Shown: one piece after another, positions 12,517-26,108 of the stretch | Layout of the letters: each line of letters starts with the position of its first letter | Position numbering within the stretch: position 1 is the first letter of the stretch | From: Lama glama | Lineage: Eukaryota | Length of the DNA stretch: 64,000 nucleotides | NCBI GenBank assembly: GCA_028534125.1 | Contig: CM052816.1 | Coordinates: 52,516,001 to 52,580,000, forward strand | Reading direction: 5' to 3' | The notes under the pieces: model-generated | The model's database searches: none | The model's input: only the letters and a program-made list of their open reading frames with translations | What the model was told of the DNA's origin: nothing | Made by a program: the position numbers and the translations under genes

Positions 12517-13910
12517 TGTATCAGTCAGTATAGGCTAAGGTATGCTGTGGTAACAAGCAACTCTGAAAGTCTCATTGGTTTACAGTGACTAAATTCAGTT
12601 CTTGCTCAAATGACATGTCAGTTACAGGCTGTCTGCAGCTCTGCTCCAAGTTCTTGTCATTCTGAGAGCCAGACTGATAGAGCAGCCTCTATTTTGGGAC
12701 ATTGCTGATAAAGGGTGACCAAATTTGCCACTCCAAAATATGCCACTTTGGAAAAAGGATTCTTTTGAGCTGAAAGCAATTGAGAAGAAGATGCAAGAAA
12801 AGTTTTTTGCCCTCTCCCTGTTTGCCTAAAAGCAGAACATAAATTTAGAAAAGTGTTTCTTCTCCCCTGTCTACCAGGAAAGACAAACATTAATCCCTGG
12901 AGACAACTTTGGACCCTTATCAATGGAAAAGGCATTGACTTAAATCTGCATAATGAACCTTACTCTGGTTCATCATGCCTTTCCTGGTCACCTCTTCATA
13001 TTTAGCCTCCTCCACACCTTTCTTTTGTCTTTAGCTAAAGATTGTAGTTAAGCCTGAGTTCTAAGCCACTTCTGAGAGTTACTCATTTTCCCCTGTATAT
13101 CTCCATGTATACATGAGGTATAGAATGAAGGATAGCAAAATATGCCATTTTGGCATATTGATTATTTTGAGCTATAGCAAGGAGGGAGCAATGCAAGAGA
13201 GAGGCTTCCTCTGAACACACTTTATCTGTCTGCAATTAGAGCCTCTAGAAGGAACTCAGTTGTCATAGATCCCCCTCCCTGGGAATTTTATCAACCAAGG
13301 AAGAGTGACTCATCACAGGAGAGGAGATTAGAAGTTGACACCACACCCAAACTTCAACATAAACTCCTATCTGTTCTTCTAAGTGTCCATACATCTTTCT
13401 TAAAAATCACTAACTCTCCCTTAAGAGGCCTACATCCCCCTTCTTCTTTCCCTATTAAGATGGTATTTAAGTGAATTCTAAGCCATTTTGGAGACTTACT
13501 CATTTTTCCCCTGGATATCTCTCATGTATACATGAGTTACACATGTTAATAAATTTCTTTGTTTTTATTTTGTTAATCTGTCTTTTATTACAGCTAAGAA
13601 CTTAGAAGAGGGGAAGGAAAATTATTTTTCCTCCCCTACACTAGTCTCATGGAAGAAAGGAAAAACATGGTAGAATCACATGATAACTCCAAAAACTTCT
13701 GCCTGATGGTGATGCATATCACTTCTGTTATCACTGCATTGATCAGAGCAAGCCCTGTGGCCACTCTTGAGGTCAACAGCCGCTGTGCAGATAGAGAATC
13801 TTCCCACAAGGAGGGCTACCTCACGTCGTGGCATGCTCAAGGCAATGGGCAATGAGGCAGGGAAGTGTCACCATCCCCCAGGGTGGGCTGCTAATATTTT
13901 GAGCAATAAT
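12517..13910. mobile_element. MLT1 (K/L-like) LTR interrupted by two head-to-tail MER34-like LTRs (12706-13122 and 13126-13640)
   Basis: MLT1 start tgtatcagtcagtataggctaaggtatgctgtggtaacaa resumes at 13641. Both inserts carry aaaatatgcca..ttgg...ttttgagct; the second ends ttcctcccctaca. Confidence 0.7.
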
Positions 13911-15669
13911 ACTGTCTTCTATGAGACATAAGATTTTTAAAAATTCTTACAATTTACTTTTTCCCCTGTCACACATATGGTCAATGTGTCCTGACTTACA
14001 GAAGTGATTGTTACAGTGTGTCCTGACTCACAGAAGTGATTGGGTATTGGAATTATGATTTTAATTTTTTTCTCTGAAAATTTCTGTAATGAATGAATAT
14101 TTCTTTTGAGACAGGATCCAAATTTTATTTAAACATTTCAATTAAAAATTTCTTTTGTAGACAGATTAAAACTTATAAATTTTATTTGGACAAAAATGAC
14201 AGTGGGTAACTAATTTGTCTTTATCACAAAAAGGATGATGTGTTTAAAGCAGGGTTTTAATATCTCACAACATAGAAGGAAAAAATGTATGTTGGAGAGG
14301 TATGTAGGTATCTCTCTATCCACCCTGTCTGCTTAGAAAGAGTGTGGCTATGAAATGGAATGTGTTTGTTAAATACATCAGTAAATAATGAATGTTGGTT
14401 AGTTGGGTGGGGGGAACATAATCTCATGAGGGCTCAGAGGCATTTTGTATTACAAGACACATTCTTTTGTGGTTATCTGCCTGATGTCATGAAATTCTGA
14501 CTTTGCCACCAGGGAAGATGATATTTCTCCTTGGCAGGAAACTTATACTTAGTACAGTTTGGATCTCATTGCATATGATCACAGTGAAACTTGCGTGCTT
14601 AATTGACTCTTCATTTGCTTCTGCTTTTACAGTCAGTACCGAGCCTACTGATGAACTGGCTTTTTGGAATCCAAATTGGATCTCTGCCTAATTGGTTGTT
14701 TCTGTCCCAATTCTGCTTGGTTGAGACTCAATCAGATTTTCAGTTCTCCCTCCACACCCACCATTTTGGCTTTTCCATCTATTTCATTGAATTTTCATAA
14801 TGATAACCCCAACATGCGCTTCTCGTCCTCTTTGTCTCTTGGAGACAAGAAAGCCCACAAGATCACGCTGACAGGTGACTCCTAAGCTCCTCCTGGCTCA
14901 GACAGAATCTCTGAACTGAACAAACGAGATTAGGCTTGCAGAAAGGCTCATGATTTAGCCTATGATCCTACTGAATAAACAGTGATAGAATCAATCTCAC
15001 TCTCAATCTTTCTTCCATTATTTCAAGTACTAACTTTATTTATGTATCTTCCTCCCACCATCCCATCCGCTGCATGGCCTTTTCTTGACCCATGTGATGA
15101 CATCTCTTGACATACCCAAGCCTGCCATCTTAGTTCACTTGAGAACCCCAGGGTTACTGTAACAACTTACCTGACTGGGTCCCTCCATTTTCAGATACCC
15201 TCAATCCTTTACCAGCATGGTGACCTTTCAAGAATGTAAATCTAGTCACCTAGGTCACTCTTGTGTAGGGAGCCCACTACCTTTATCATGTATTTATGGT
15301 TTTTCAAGCTGCCTGGGTCGCTTGTCCAGCCACTCACCCTGTCTTCACTGAGGATGGACTGCTTGCAGACTTGTGGTAGAAGGACGCTTGAAGGAAGCAC
15401 AGTAAGATGCTGCCTGCTCTTGAGAGCTTGCAGCCTAGAAGGGTAGACCTGCCATTTGTGAGAGCTACCATTTACACAGGGAGTATACATACTCGCTTAT
15501 TTATTTCTCGCAAAAAACCCTGAGGGATTGGCATTGTCGGTTCCCCCAAATGGAGGCTCAAAGATGTTAAGTAATTTAATCAAGGTGACCCAACTAACTA
15601 GCAGCGGTGGAGCTGGTATTTGAAGCCAGGTCAGTCTGATTCTAAAACTTATATTCTTCTCTGCCCTGA

Positions 15670-16081
15670 GCAGTGGGCTGAAAGGATATGTCCACATGCT
15701 AATCCCCCAAAACCTGTGAATATCACCTTTGCAGAAGTATTGAAGGTATAGATCCTGAGATGAGGAGACCATCCTGGACTATCCAGGTGAGTAACAAGTG
15801 TCCTTAGACACACAGAGGAGAAAACAGACACAGAGGAGGAGATGGGATGACTAGGCAGAGATTGGAGTGATGCAGCTACAAGCCAAGGACTGCTGATAGT
15901 CACCAGAAGCTGGAAGATGCAAGGAATGGATTATTCCTGACAGTCTGGAGGGCCCTGACCGTATCTTGATTTCAGACTTCTGGCTTTCAGAACCGCAGGA
16001 AAATATGTTTCTGTGTTGAAAGTCACCAGTCTGTGGTTTTTGTTTTTGTATTTTTAAACAGCAGTCACAGGAAACTAATAC
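15670..16081 (+). mobile_element. MLT1 (C/D-like) LTR, preceded by a MIR at about 15500-15660
   Basis: atatgtccacatgctaatccc...aacctgtgaatat...ccagaagctggaaga...ggaaactaata. Confidence 0.75.
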
Positions 16082-16292
16082 GGACTATTTGCTTTTAGTA
16101 AAAGCATCAGGGAGCATATAATTCAAGGCTAAATCATGTTGTGTATTGACAGGTTGAAAAAAACCTTGAAAATCAGAGATCACTGAAACTGGGGATCAGT
16201 TGGCCCCATGTAATTATCTGTTAGTGCCTGTTCCTTCCTCTGTGTCAGACTTACATCATCATCACCATCACCTTCATCATTTCTAATAGTGG

Positions 16293-16478
16293 GGTTTTTT
16301 GTGTGTATATATATATTTTAATTGAAGTATAGTCAGTTTACAATGTGTCAATTTCTGGTGTACAGCATAATGCTACAGTCATACATGAACATATATTTTC
16401 ATATTTTTTTTTCACCGTAAGTTACTACAAAATATTGAATATAGTTCCCTGTGCTACATGGTATTAACTTGTTGTTTA
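16293..16478 (-). mobile_element. Lineage-type L1 3' tail inserted in a MIR (MIR about 16260-16700)
   Basis: ttaattgaagtatagtcagtttacaatg...; 12-bp TSD ttctaatagtgg at 16281-16292 and 16479-16490. Confidence 0.8.
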
Positions 16479-19400
16479 TTCTAATAGTGGTGAGTGCTTG
16501 AATCTGCTAGGTACCAGACGAAGTGCTTTACCTGCATCCCCTCAGCTAAAACTCCCACCAGTTCTATGAGGTAGGTACTAGTATTATCCTATTTTACAAA
16601 TGAGAAAACTGAGGCTCAGGTGATTTCCTACCTCTGGTTGTACAGTGAGTATGTGACAGTGGGAGGACTGGAACTCAGGTCTGTCTTACCCCTGAGTCTT
16701 GGCTTAAGCAGGTCCTGACACCATCTTCCTTGCTAGTAAATTCTTACGCACATGCTTAGTCACTGTAGTTAAGGGCACCACCATTTAGGGTGGCCATGGC
16801 CAGAGCAGGGAAGCGAGCGATGGTCTCCATGAACCCGAGTCCTCTGGTCAACAGCACGCCTCCCAGGCCAGACCAGGCCTGGCTCCATAGATGGTTGTCA
16901 CTGAGTGAGTGACTGATGGGACGGGATGCCAGCTGAGCTCTGACTGTTTCAGGGCCATTGGAAGACTGTGTGACATTGTCCTGGAGGTAAGCCACCCGTT
17001 TCTGAAATTCTGTTCCTGGGCTGCTGTCCCCAGTAGGGGAAAAAGCAGGTGAGAACTGCCTCTCCCTGCCTCAGCCACAGGGCGTGGAGACATGGCACGC
17101 AAATCCCAGCGAAGGAAAGGGGGAATATGGACTGAAGTTCCCTGTGAGGTTCGTAGTTATCTGGACAGATGGGCCTGTGCCACCCTCTGTGCGGCTGGAG
17201 GAGCGGGACACAAGACTGGCTTTTCATTTCTGTTCCCTTCCCAGAAACTATCAATGTTGTGGAACTAAGACCCAGGCCAGATATCCTCAGTGCAAGAAGA
17301 ATGGAAAGTCTCTGGCCCTGATTCTGACAGGAAAGCCTGGTTTTAGAATTTGAAAAGGTGATTGAATACAGTTTGCTTTTCTCTAAGTAGGGGAGAAACA
17401 AGACGGAGTCCTGGCGTGCTGGAGGGGCCAAAGGTAAGGGGCCTGGTTTTGCATTTTGCTGCAGCCAAGAGGAGGCATTCCACTCTGAACCACATCCTCA
17501 CCCATTGCTCCCCACTTCCCCCACGGCCTTCCCCAGCATGTTTCCATGAGGCCAGATTGCTGATTTTTTTTACGCTTGTGTGGAATTAATATCTTCTATC
17601 CCTTCTAACAGTTGAATTAACTTTATGACCAATCTGTTAGGTACCCCAATCAAGGATTTCCCTCCTTTCTAGAATTTTCCGCGTTTAATTAGCACAGGTA
17701 GGAATCCTACCGAAGATTTGTTAAAGAGCTGGGGAAGATTTCTAGCTGGCCCTACTCGCTGAGGGTAAGTGCCTTGACCTCTGTTGTTTTTGTAGTACTT
17801 GTACCTAGCCTTCAGATTTCAAAAGGGGTGGAAATTACGTTTACCAAATTTCTGCAGACTGATACCTTAAAAGAAGTAAGTGTAATACAGCAAAAAGTGT
17901 ACAGACTTTTATGCAATAAATGGTAAACTCAGGACTAAGTTTTATTTATTCAACAAAATTGTGTTGCGCACCTACTGTTTACCAAATTCTAGGAAAATGA
18001 AAAGAAACAAGTCTGCCTTCAACTTGCTGAAAGTCTATTTGGGGAAACCATTCTGCAGCTGTTGAAAATCATGTTTTCTGGGGCTCTGGAGAAGCCCCAG
18101 AATTTCATAACATAAGCATGTATTGAAAAGAATTCAGGAAGCCCTCCATGGAACTGGGCTGATGACACTTAAGCACATACAAGATTGGAAGGACATTTTT
18201 CAAAATGTGAAAATGGATTATTTCAGAATCGTAAAATTGTAGGATTATTTCCTTCTTTATATTTTGCAACATTTCTGAGTTTTCTAAAGTGAGTTGCACG
18301 ATTTTGATAATTAGAGGGAAAAAGATATCATTAAAAAATGGTTGCACCTGATTAGCTGCAGCCACGCTGTCTGTTGCCAGCTGATCCTCTGCCTTTGGCA
18401 AGAGATGAATTTCATGAGCCTGGAAGCCCGGCCAGGAAAAGTGCAATTACCCAGAACGAATCCACCCTGGGGCCCGGCCAGCCCCCGCTGGAGCGGGGGA
18501 AGTTGTGGAGAAGCCCATCTGGAGAGGGGCTGCGTTGTTTCTCAGGGACACCCCCAAACTGAGCTGTGCCCGCCTATGGATTCCCTGGGCCCTCACTTAA
18601 AAATGAATTGCTGGTGCCGGACTGGCAGCCAGCTAAATGCTGCCTTGACTCGGGCTGGTGCCCACCTTGAAGTGCAAGGAAAACGTGTCTGGGCAGAAGC
18701 TCAGGTGGAACTGCATCCTCCACTGAGCTCCAGGGAGAACATCACACTTCCCTCCAGTCTTCACGCTGCTTTTCTGGGAGTCCAGGCTTCTGCCACAAGG
18801 CATCTGAGCCTATGGTTCCCTCCTACTGTACCATCTAGCGCTGCTCCACTCTGACCGGTGACATCTGCATCACCGGGGGAAAGGCAGAAGCTCAGGGCCT
18901 CCAGGCAGATTTGCTGAATCTGCATTCTAACAAATCCCCAGATGACTCAAGAGCACAGCTGACTTTGCATAGCTCTGCCAAACTGCCGCCTCAGGGGGCT
19001 GAATCTCAGACAGGCTGCAGGGGAAGCGGGGGCGGGCAGGAGGGGGGCGGCCTGGAGGAGCAGGAGCCCATGGGAAGCTGCGCCTTCAATCTGGTGGGCT
19101 GAGGAGGCCAGGCCAGGGCAGCTGGAGAGCACGGTGATCAGCATCTTACCTCCGCTATTGAGGGCAATGGAAGCTGGACAGCAGCCCATTCCAGGGCAAC
19201 CTTCTCTAGGAACGTGGGGGTGCTTAGTGGCTGATCTCTCCCTGTTCGTCACAGGGTCCCTGGGGCCTGATGGGAAGCAGAGGCATTATCTTCATTTTCC
19301 AGATGGTTTTAGAGGGGCTGGGAGGAGGGAGGCTGGGATGTTGCCAGCCTAGTGAGAAAGCTCAGAGCTCCCGCCTCAGCCTAATGGTGCCAGCTGGCTC

Positions 19401-19696
19401 TCAGACCAGATAGGAAGGCTGTGTCCAGACACACCATCATTCCAGATCTCCGGAGAGTTGCCATTTGGGCTGTTGGATTCTCTCACTCAGCTGAGGCCCT
19501 GCATGGGGGCTCCTCGGAGGTACAGACTCCTGGGCCACTTTCATTTTTTGAGGTGGGGGTGGCGGTGGCAGTGGTTTCTGATACATTAAAAATGCAGAAA
19601 TGCCAAAACAGGTTAAATATTACAGCATTTAAACATTTTTTAATTAAAAAAATTAATGTTTAAATACACTTACAATATGAAATACAGATTTTAAGT

Positions 19697-20542
19697 TGTA
19701 TTAGTTTTTTAGGGCTGCCCTAACAAAGCCCACAGACTTGGTGGCTGACATCAGAAATGGTTTCCTAGCTTTAGAGGCCGGAAGTCTGAGTTCAAGGTGT
19801 CTGCACGGTTGCCGCCTCTGAGGCCTCTCTCTCTGGCTCGTCAGTGGCTGTCTGCTCCCCAGGTTGTTACGTGGTCCTCTCTCTGCGTGTCTGTGTCCAG
19901 TCGTGCTCTTATAAGAACACCAGTCATATTGGATTAGGTCCCAGCCTAATGGCCTCATTTTAACGCAGCTACCGCTTTAAAGACCTAGCGCAGTGCCCGC
20001 TGGCTGGGGCCCAGCCACCCCCACTCCTGGGCTCTCAAATGTCTGCCTCCAACCCCTCAAGAAGAACAGAGTACACCCTTTTCCTTGGCTTGTGCCTGCC
20101 CTGGCAGAAACAGCGGCCCTGAGAAATGGCTAATCTCAGAATACCCGAGGCGGACAGGCCTCGCTACACATCCTGCCCTTATCAGAGTCAGAAATCCTTT
20201 TACTCAGAATAACCTGACAAGTCTTACCTCACTGGTAGCCACTCAGGTACCTGTTCACGAGCTGATCACGCAGCCCCCTGTCCCTTGGGCGCACAAACCC
20301 TTCCCCAATAAAAGGCCCTGCACGTTCACCCTCGGGGCTCACACAGGCACCTCTTGTCAGTGTGGCCTGCCGTTGTCTATGACAGAGTGCCTAGTAACCT
20401 CCTATCCTATTTTCACCCTTTGTCTTTGATAAATTCTTTTACTGCCCATGACACCGGCCCCCAACACCTGTCTCCAAATACAGTTGCATTCTGAAGTCCT
20501 GGGGGTTAGGAATATTTGGAGGACACAACTCAGCCCATTACA
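19697..20542. mobile_element. MLT1A/B LTR (-) interrupted by an ERVL MER74/MER73-like LTR (+, about 19988-20466)
   Basis: MLT1 text breaks at tttaaagaccta and resumes at cctgtctccaaatacagt. The insert has AATAAA and ends ...ataaattctttttactgcccatgacaccggcccccaaca. Confidence 0.65.
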
Positions 20543-21076
20543 AGCATCATTTTGAGAGAACATCAAAAGCCTAAAATAAAATCTCCTCATGAATGTGAGA
20601 CCCAGGCCCAGTGGCCATCTTCCTTCACCCTGTCTGTGTCCTGGACCCACAAGCCATCCAAGTGGGCAGCAGGAGGTGTCTGAGTTTTCCTGTGTTTGTA
20701 CATGGGGGTGGAAACAGGGAGAAAAAAATCTCCCTCCCCCCAGCCTGCTCTGGCCTCTTGCTGTCCACTAAGCCAGTCTCCACTGTGGTCCTAAAGGGGA
20801 AAATCTAAAGGCTTGGCTTCAGTCAGTGCCTGCGGTTGGTCACAGCCTCCCCGGGGGCCAGGACTCTGTTACCCCCATGCTTGGGGCATGCATGAAGAAA
20901 GTCTGCCCAACATTGGTGTCTTCTGGCCCTGAAGATGATCCTACAGTTCCAAATCCTGAAAGTACTTCCCTGGGGAATTATTCAGTAATCCTAAAATGCC
21001 TCCCTGTGCCTGAGGACCTGCCCCTTCAAATGGGCAAATTTTAATCTTTCAAGTCTTCCTTTCTCCCTGAAGCCAC

Positions 21077-22038
21077 CTGTTAAGTGTTGAATTGTGTCCT
21101 CTAAAAAAATACATTGGAGACCTAACCTCCGGTACATCAGAATGTGACCCTCTTAGGGATGGAGTCTTTACAGAGGTAATCATGTTAAAATTTTTGCTGG
21201 AGGTTCTTGCCTCCCGCAGGAAAGAATTCAAGAGTAAAGTGAAAGCACGTTTATTCAGAGATACACACTCCATAGACAGAGCGCGGTCTGGGTCACTCAG
21301 AAGGGAGAGCGGCTTAGGAGATACACATGCCATAGGCAGAATGTGGGCCTCAAAAGGTGACAGGGAGAGAGGCCGCGAGGTGTGGGTGTTAAAAGTAAGT
21401 ACACGCTCCATAGACAGAGTGCGAGCGGTCTCAGAAGGCAAGAGAGAGATGACTACGAGGTGCGGGGTGGTTAGTTTCTATGGGCCCAGTAATTTCCTAT
21501 GTTAACAAGTAGGGGGATTAATCCAACTATGTTGGGGAAAGGGCAAGGATTTCCAGGAATTGGGCCCTGCCTACTTTTGGGCCTTTCATGGTCAGCCTAG
21601 GACCTGTCATGGTGCCTGTGGGTGTGCATGAGGCTCAAGGTCAACTGGAAGTCGAATCTTCCATCATCTTGGTTGTAACCGGTTTATCCCGTCCTCAACT
21701 GCTGTGTCAGTCCTTCACTGGTCGTGCCCTGCCCCCTTCCCTCCTGTCTCAAAATGAAGTTATTACAGTGGGTCCTAATCCAATATGACTGGCATCCTAT
21801 AAAAAGTGGAAACTTGGATATAGATATGCATAAAGGGAAGATGATGTGAAGAGACACAGGAAGAAGGTGGCCATCAACAAGCCAAGGAGAGAGGCCCAGA
21901 ATAGGTCCTTCCCTCACAGCCCCTGGGAGGAGCTGTGATTTCCCAGACTGATTCTGCAGAACTGGGAGGCATTATATTGCTGTTGTTTAAGCCACGCAGT
22001 TTACAGTACTTTGTTACAGGAGTCCCAGCAAACTGACG
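21077..22038. mobile_element. MLT1B-like LTR (+) interrupted by an ERV1-class solo LTR (-, 21192-21751, TSD aaat)
   Basis: The MLT1 segment gaggtaatcatgttaaaat|gaagttatta is split. The insert starts TGAGACAGGAGGGAAGGGGGC on - and has AATAAA at 21250-21255. Confidence 0.75.
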
Positions 22039-23795
22039 CATCACCTGTGGTAACTCCTACCCCCCACCCCCCCTCTCTCCTTGTTTGCCTGACTCACTTT
22101 CCATTACACACAGACTTGACTTGTGCAAGGCTTGCTTGGTTCTCTTCAATGATCATAAGTCTCCTGAGGGCAAGGACCAGGATTACATTTCTTTAAAAAA
22201 TTCCACTGGCCCTTGTCCAGTGCCTACCAGGAGGTCAATGAAATCATGTTGATCTGAAGGACTTTCCTCCCTTCCTGTTGCACTTCTGCCCAGAGACTTT
22301 CTGGAGTGGTTAGGATGGGAGGCTGAGTCTAATGTGGTCCTTCTGGGTGGGCCTGTACACAGCAGTGCGTTCATCCAGGCCACAGGTTCTCGTGACTTGG
22401 TGTCTCCCTTTCCAGTCTGATCCTGAGAATGAGCCCTCTCAAGTGGTGAAGTTGTCACCATGACCTTGAAAGTACATTCAAGAAGCCCTGGGCTCTGGAG
22501 GAGGGCTCTGCTGGTGTTGGGTGCGGTAGGGGAAAAGGGTGGCCTTGTTGGATTCAAGGGTCTTCTGGCTGTTCCCTCCTGGAAACCTTCTCTGGGTCTT
22601 CGAGCCTGAGCTGTCACAGAAGCCCGCCTGTCCTCCAGGGTCCATGGGCACCCTTGGCCTCCCTGCAGGCCCTTCTCAGAGTGTGTCTGATTTGAACTTT
22701 GATGGTGGCATCGTCGAAGTCTGGAGTGCCAGCCGCTGCTCGATCCTAGCAGGCAGCCCTTGCCGCTGTGCGTGTGTTGGTGGGAGCTGAGTGGGACAGC
22801 CAGGAACCCGGGGAGGACAGGGGACTAGAGCGAGGATGAGGAGCTTGAAGAGGAAGCAGTGGTGGCACTTCTGAGGCAGGGAGGGGCTGAGTGCTGTAGT
22901 CCCAGCCTAGGGAGTCAGCTCCAAGGTGGTGGTTAGTTTTGATTTAATCTGGGCCCAGCCCTCTGGCTTGTGATCAGTGCAATAAGGAGAGGAAGAGCTC
23001 TGGGAGCCCAGAGGGAGTGATTTCAGTTACCTGAAGGGCAGGAGAAGCCGCACAGAGAGGTGACCTCTGAATCAGGCGCTGAAGAGGGAACAAAAAAGAC
23101 TGACGAGGTGCAGGCCTCAGGGCTGCCCACAGCCCCTCCTTGCCTGACCCTTGAAGGCAACGCTTGGGGCCAAGGAGTTTCCAACTGAATCACCAAGGCT
23201 GGACTTCTGGGATGGGCTGAGTGCTGAGGGCATTTTAAAGAGCAGACCAGGTCAGGAGAGCGTCAGGAAAATATGTTTGAAATATTAACTCAAGTATTTC
23301 CCCACCTTGCCGCCCCCACTCCCCCTGCACCCCTCTTGAACTTTCTAGCAGCTGTCTTCCCGGTCCTTTGCCTCAGGTGAGGAACGTGACAGAGAGGAAA
23401 GCAGACCTCAGGTTCTAAAAGCCTAAAGACACTCCAGAATGGGCAGGACCCTGGAGCTAGCCCAGGTGCTTGGGACTTGGCAGGGTTTGATGAGAGGGTG
23501 ATTTCACCTGGACACGAAAAAGAGTCCTCCCGGGTTGGGGAAGGGAGGGAGGAAGGAAAGCAAGGACGGAACAGAAATGGAGGTTCCTACGGTGAGGGGA
23601 TGTCCTGTGCCCTGGGGACTAGAAAGCTCCCCGGGAGACCCCAGAGAGGAAGTGGCTTGTGTGGTGTGTTCAGGCAGAGGTGACATCTTGGTCCCCAGAG
23701 GGTTCTATCCCAGTGTGGTTCACAGCAGAACGAGTTCCTTCCCAAGATAGCCGTAGCTGCAGTGGCAAAGCTTCAGCTTTGAGGACTGTGACCTT

Positions 23796-24313
23796 GGTCG
23801 ACTAAAAAAATTGCACAACATAAAAAAGATGAGATGTTTTATTCAGTGGACTTTCTGAGAACTTGAACCCAAGAGGTGGCCTCTCAGATCTAAGAGACTA
23901 CTCCAAAGAGGCAGGGGAGGAGCCAGGATATAAAGGAGTTTTTGCAACAAATACCAGGCAGTCAGAACATTAAAGGATTACTGTGAAAACAAACAAACAA
24001 ACAAACAAAAAAACCCCTCAGGTTAAGGAATTTAGCTCTTTTCTGTGTATGGGAAGGTGAAAAATCTGGGCTCATTGAAATCATTCCCTTGATGTGCACC
24101 TAGCTCTCTAGGGCCAGCGTCCTGTTCTTTCCCACCTGAGTCCCCGCAGGGGGCACCGCTGTGGGCAGCAGCAGAGGCCGGGCTCCTGCTTGTCTGCATC
24201 CTGAGTTTCCTTTGCTCACTGTCTGGGGTTAGAGGGTGGGCGGTAGCGGCCGATGACTTGACATCACAGCATCCTTTGTGTACTGACGTGGCAGGCAATA
24301 TTTTTCACTCACA
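23796..24313 (-). mobile_element. ERV1-class solo LTR, 4-bp TSD cctt
   Basis: cctt at 23792-23795 and 24314-24317; starts TGTGAGTG on -; AATAAA at 23838-23843. Confidence 0.75.
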
Positions 24314-24434
24314 CCTTGAAAGGAGGTCTTGTGTTTCAATGACTGTGGGCTGAGGGGGCGATGATGTCTCAGTGGGCACGCAGGGCACCCGGGCTGCACC
24401 CCTCCTTGGGGGGTGCCTTCTCACCTTGGTCTAT

Positions 24435-24990
24435 GTGGTAGGTGGAATTTCAAAGTTTCCCCCCTCCACCTCCCTGAGCCATCCTTCCATCCACTCGTTA
24501 TTCAATCAAACACCAATTTAGCACAGCTGGGAAGGGACTTTGCAGCTAGAATTAAGGTAACCAATCAGCGGACCTAAAATAGTGACGTCAGCCTGGATCA
24601 CCCAGGTGGGCCCAATGGAATCAGGCAGAAGGTGAGTCAGAAATCATCCAAGCGTGAGGAGGATTTGCGCCTCCTTGCTGGTGCTGAGGGGCCCTTGTGC
24701 AAGGCCCAGATAGAGAGACTTCTAGGAGCTAGGGGTGACTCCGGCTGACAGCCAGCGAGGGAATGGGGACCTCAGCCTCTTGACTACAAAGAGCTGAACT
24801 GGGCTAAAACCTGGATGCACTTAGAAGACAGTTCATCCCTAAGGTCTCTGATAGAAACCCCGCTTGGCCAAGACCTGATTTTAGCCACGTGAAGCCGGTG
24901 TTGGACTTCCGACCTACGGAAACTGTGAGTGACAGTTTTTGTGTTGTTTTAAGGCACTAAGTTTGATAAGTTGTAGCAGCTATAGCAAAT
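24435..24990 (+). mobile_element. MLT1 (E/F-like) LTR
   Basis: tgtggtagg...gaagggactttgcag...ccaggtgggcccaat...ttgtagcagctatagcaaa. Confidence 0.7.
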
Positions 24991-26108
24991 GTTTGGATGG
25001 TGCACCTGTAGTTGTGCAGAGCACGAAGTGACAACATGTGACAACATACAGACATACAGACAACCAGAAGACATTGAAGATCTCCACCCTTGAAGCTTGG
25101 GGGGAGCTTTGACAAGATCCTGGGTTCAGGGGGTGGGTAACTTTCAAACGGAGATCACGTTTCTGCTGTGCTGGTGGGATGAGGATTCAAAACAAATTCA
25201 GTGATAGAAAACGTGTGTGTATTTGGCACACCTGAGTTTGTGGCCTGAGCTCGGGACCCACTTCTGGAACTTTTATAGAGATCTCACATTTGATGGAGTT
25301 AGAATTAATGTTTCCTAAATGCTAAGAGTTTCTCTGTCCAGGTCAGCACTTTAAAGGAGAGAGGCAAGGAAGAGATAGAGGCAGGTGTCCCAAGGCGGGT
25401 CTCTACCCGGCCCCCAGCCTGTGCCCACGGGACCTTCCCAGGCTAGGGCTCGGGCTAGGACTCGGGCAGGAACGGCAGCGTGCTCTTCTTGTAGCTGCTC
25501 TCACCCTGCTCTCCAGCTCCGGAAGCACTGGGGCCTTGCACGTTGCTGCTGGGGAGGAAGTGTCAGCTGCTTGGGGGCTCTCAAAACCGCCCAAGCTTCT
25601 GCTTTGTCTGGCTTCCCAGCTGGGAAGGAGCTGGCGCTCCTGTAACATGTGGGAGCAAACCTGAGGGCAGCCCCTGAGCGAGCTGTGAGAAGAGAAGGGG
25701 GGTGGATTTGGTGGTTTCCAGGGCGGGGGAGGGGTAGGCGAATTGGTGAAGGGGGTCAAAAGGCACAAACTTCCAGTTAGAAAATAAATATTTAAGGGGA
25801 TGTGAAGTACAGCATCGTGACTAGAGTTCTTTTTCTTCCTGTTTTATGGAGATGTAGTTGACATACAGCACTGTGTAAGTTTAAGGTGTACAGTGTAATG
25901 ATTTGATTTACGTACACCATGAAGTGATTATCACAGTAAGTTTAGGGAACCATCTATCATCTCACACAGATGCAAAACTAAAGAAATAGAAGAAAAATTT
26001 TTGTTACTGTGATTGAAAACGCTTAGGGATTGACTCTTAACAACTTCGGTGTATAACATACAGCAGTGTTAATTATATTTATCATTCTGTATATTACATC
26101 CCTAGTAC

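Noticed and set aside
17697..17711. Palindrome ggtagga-a-tcctacc (similar tacggat-t-atccgta near 56180)
   Set aside because: Arms of 7 bp are expected several times by chance in 64 kb.
21049..21505. Overlapping 130-aa and 137-aa ORFs with repeated peptides
   Set aside because: They lie in LTR sequence and reflect its internal triplication; no gag, pol or env similarity is visible.
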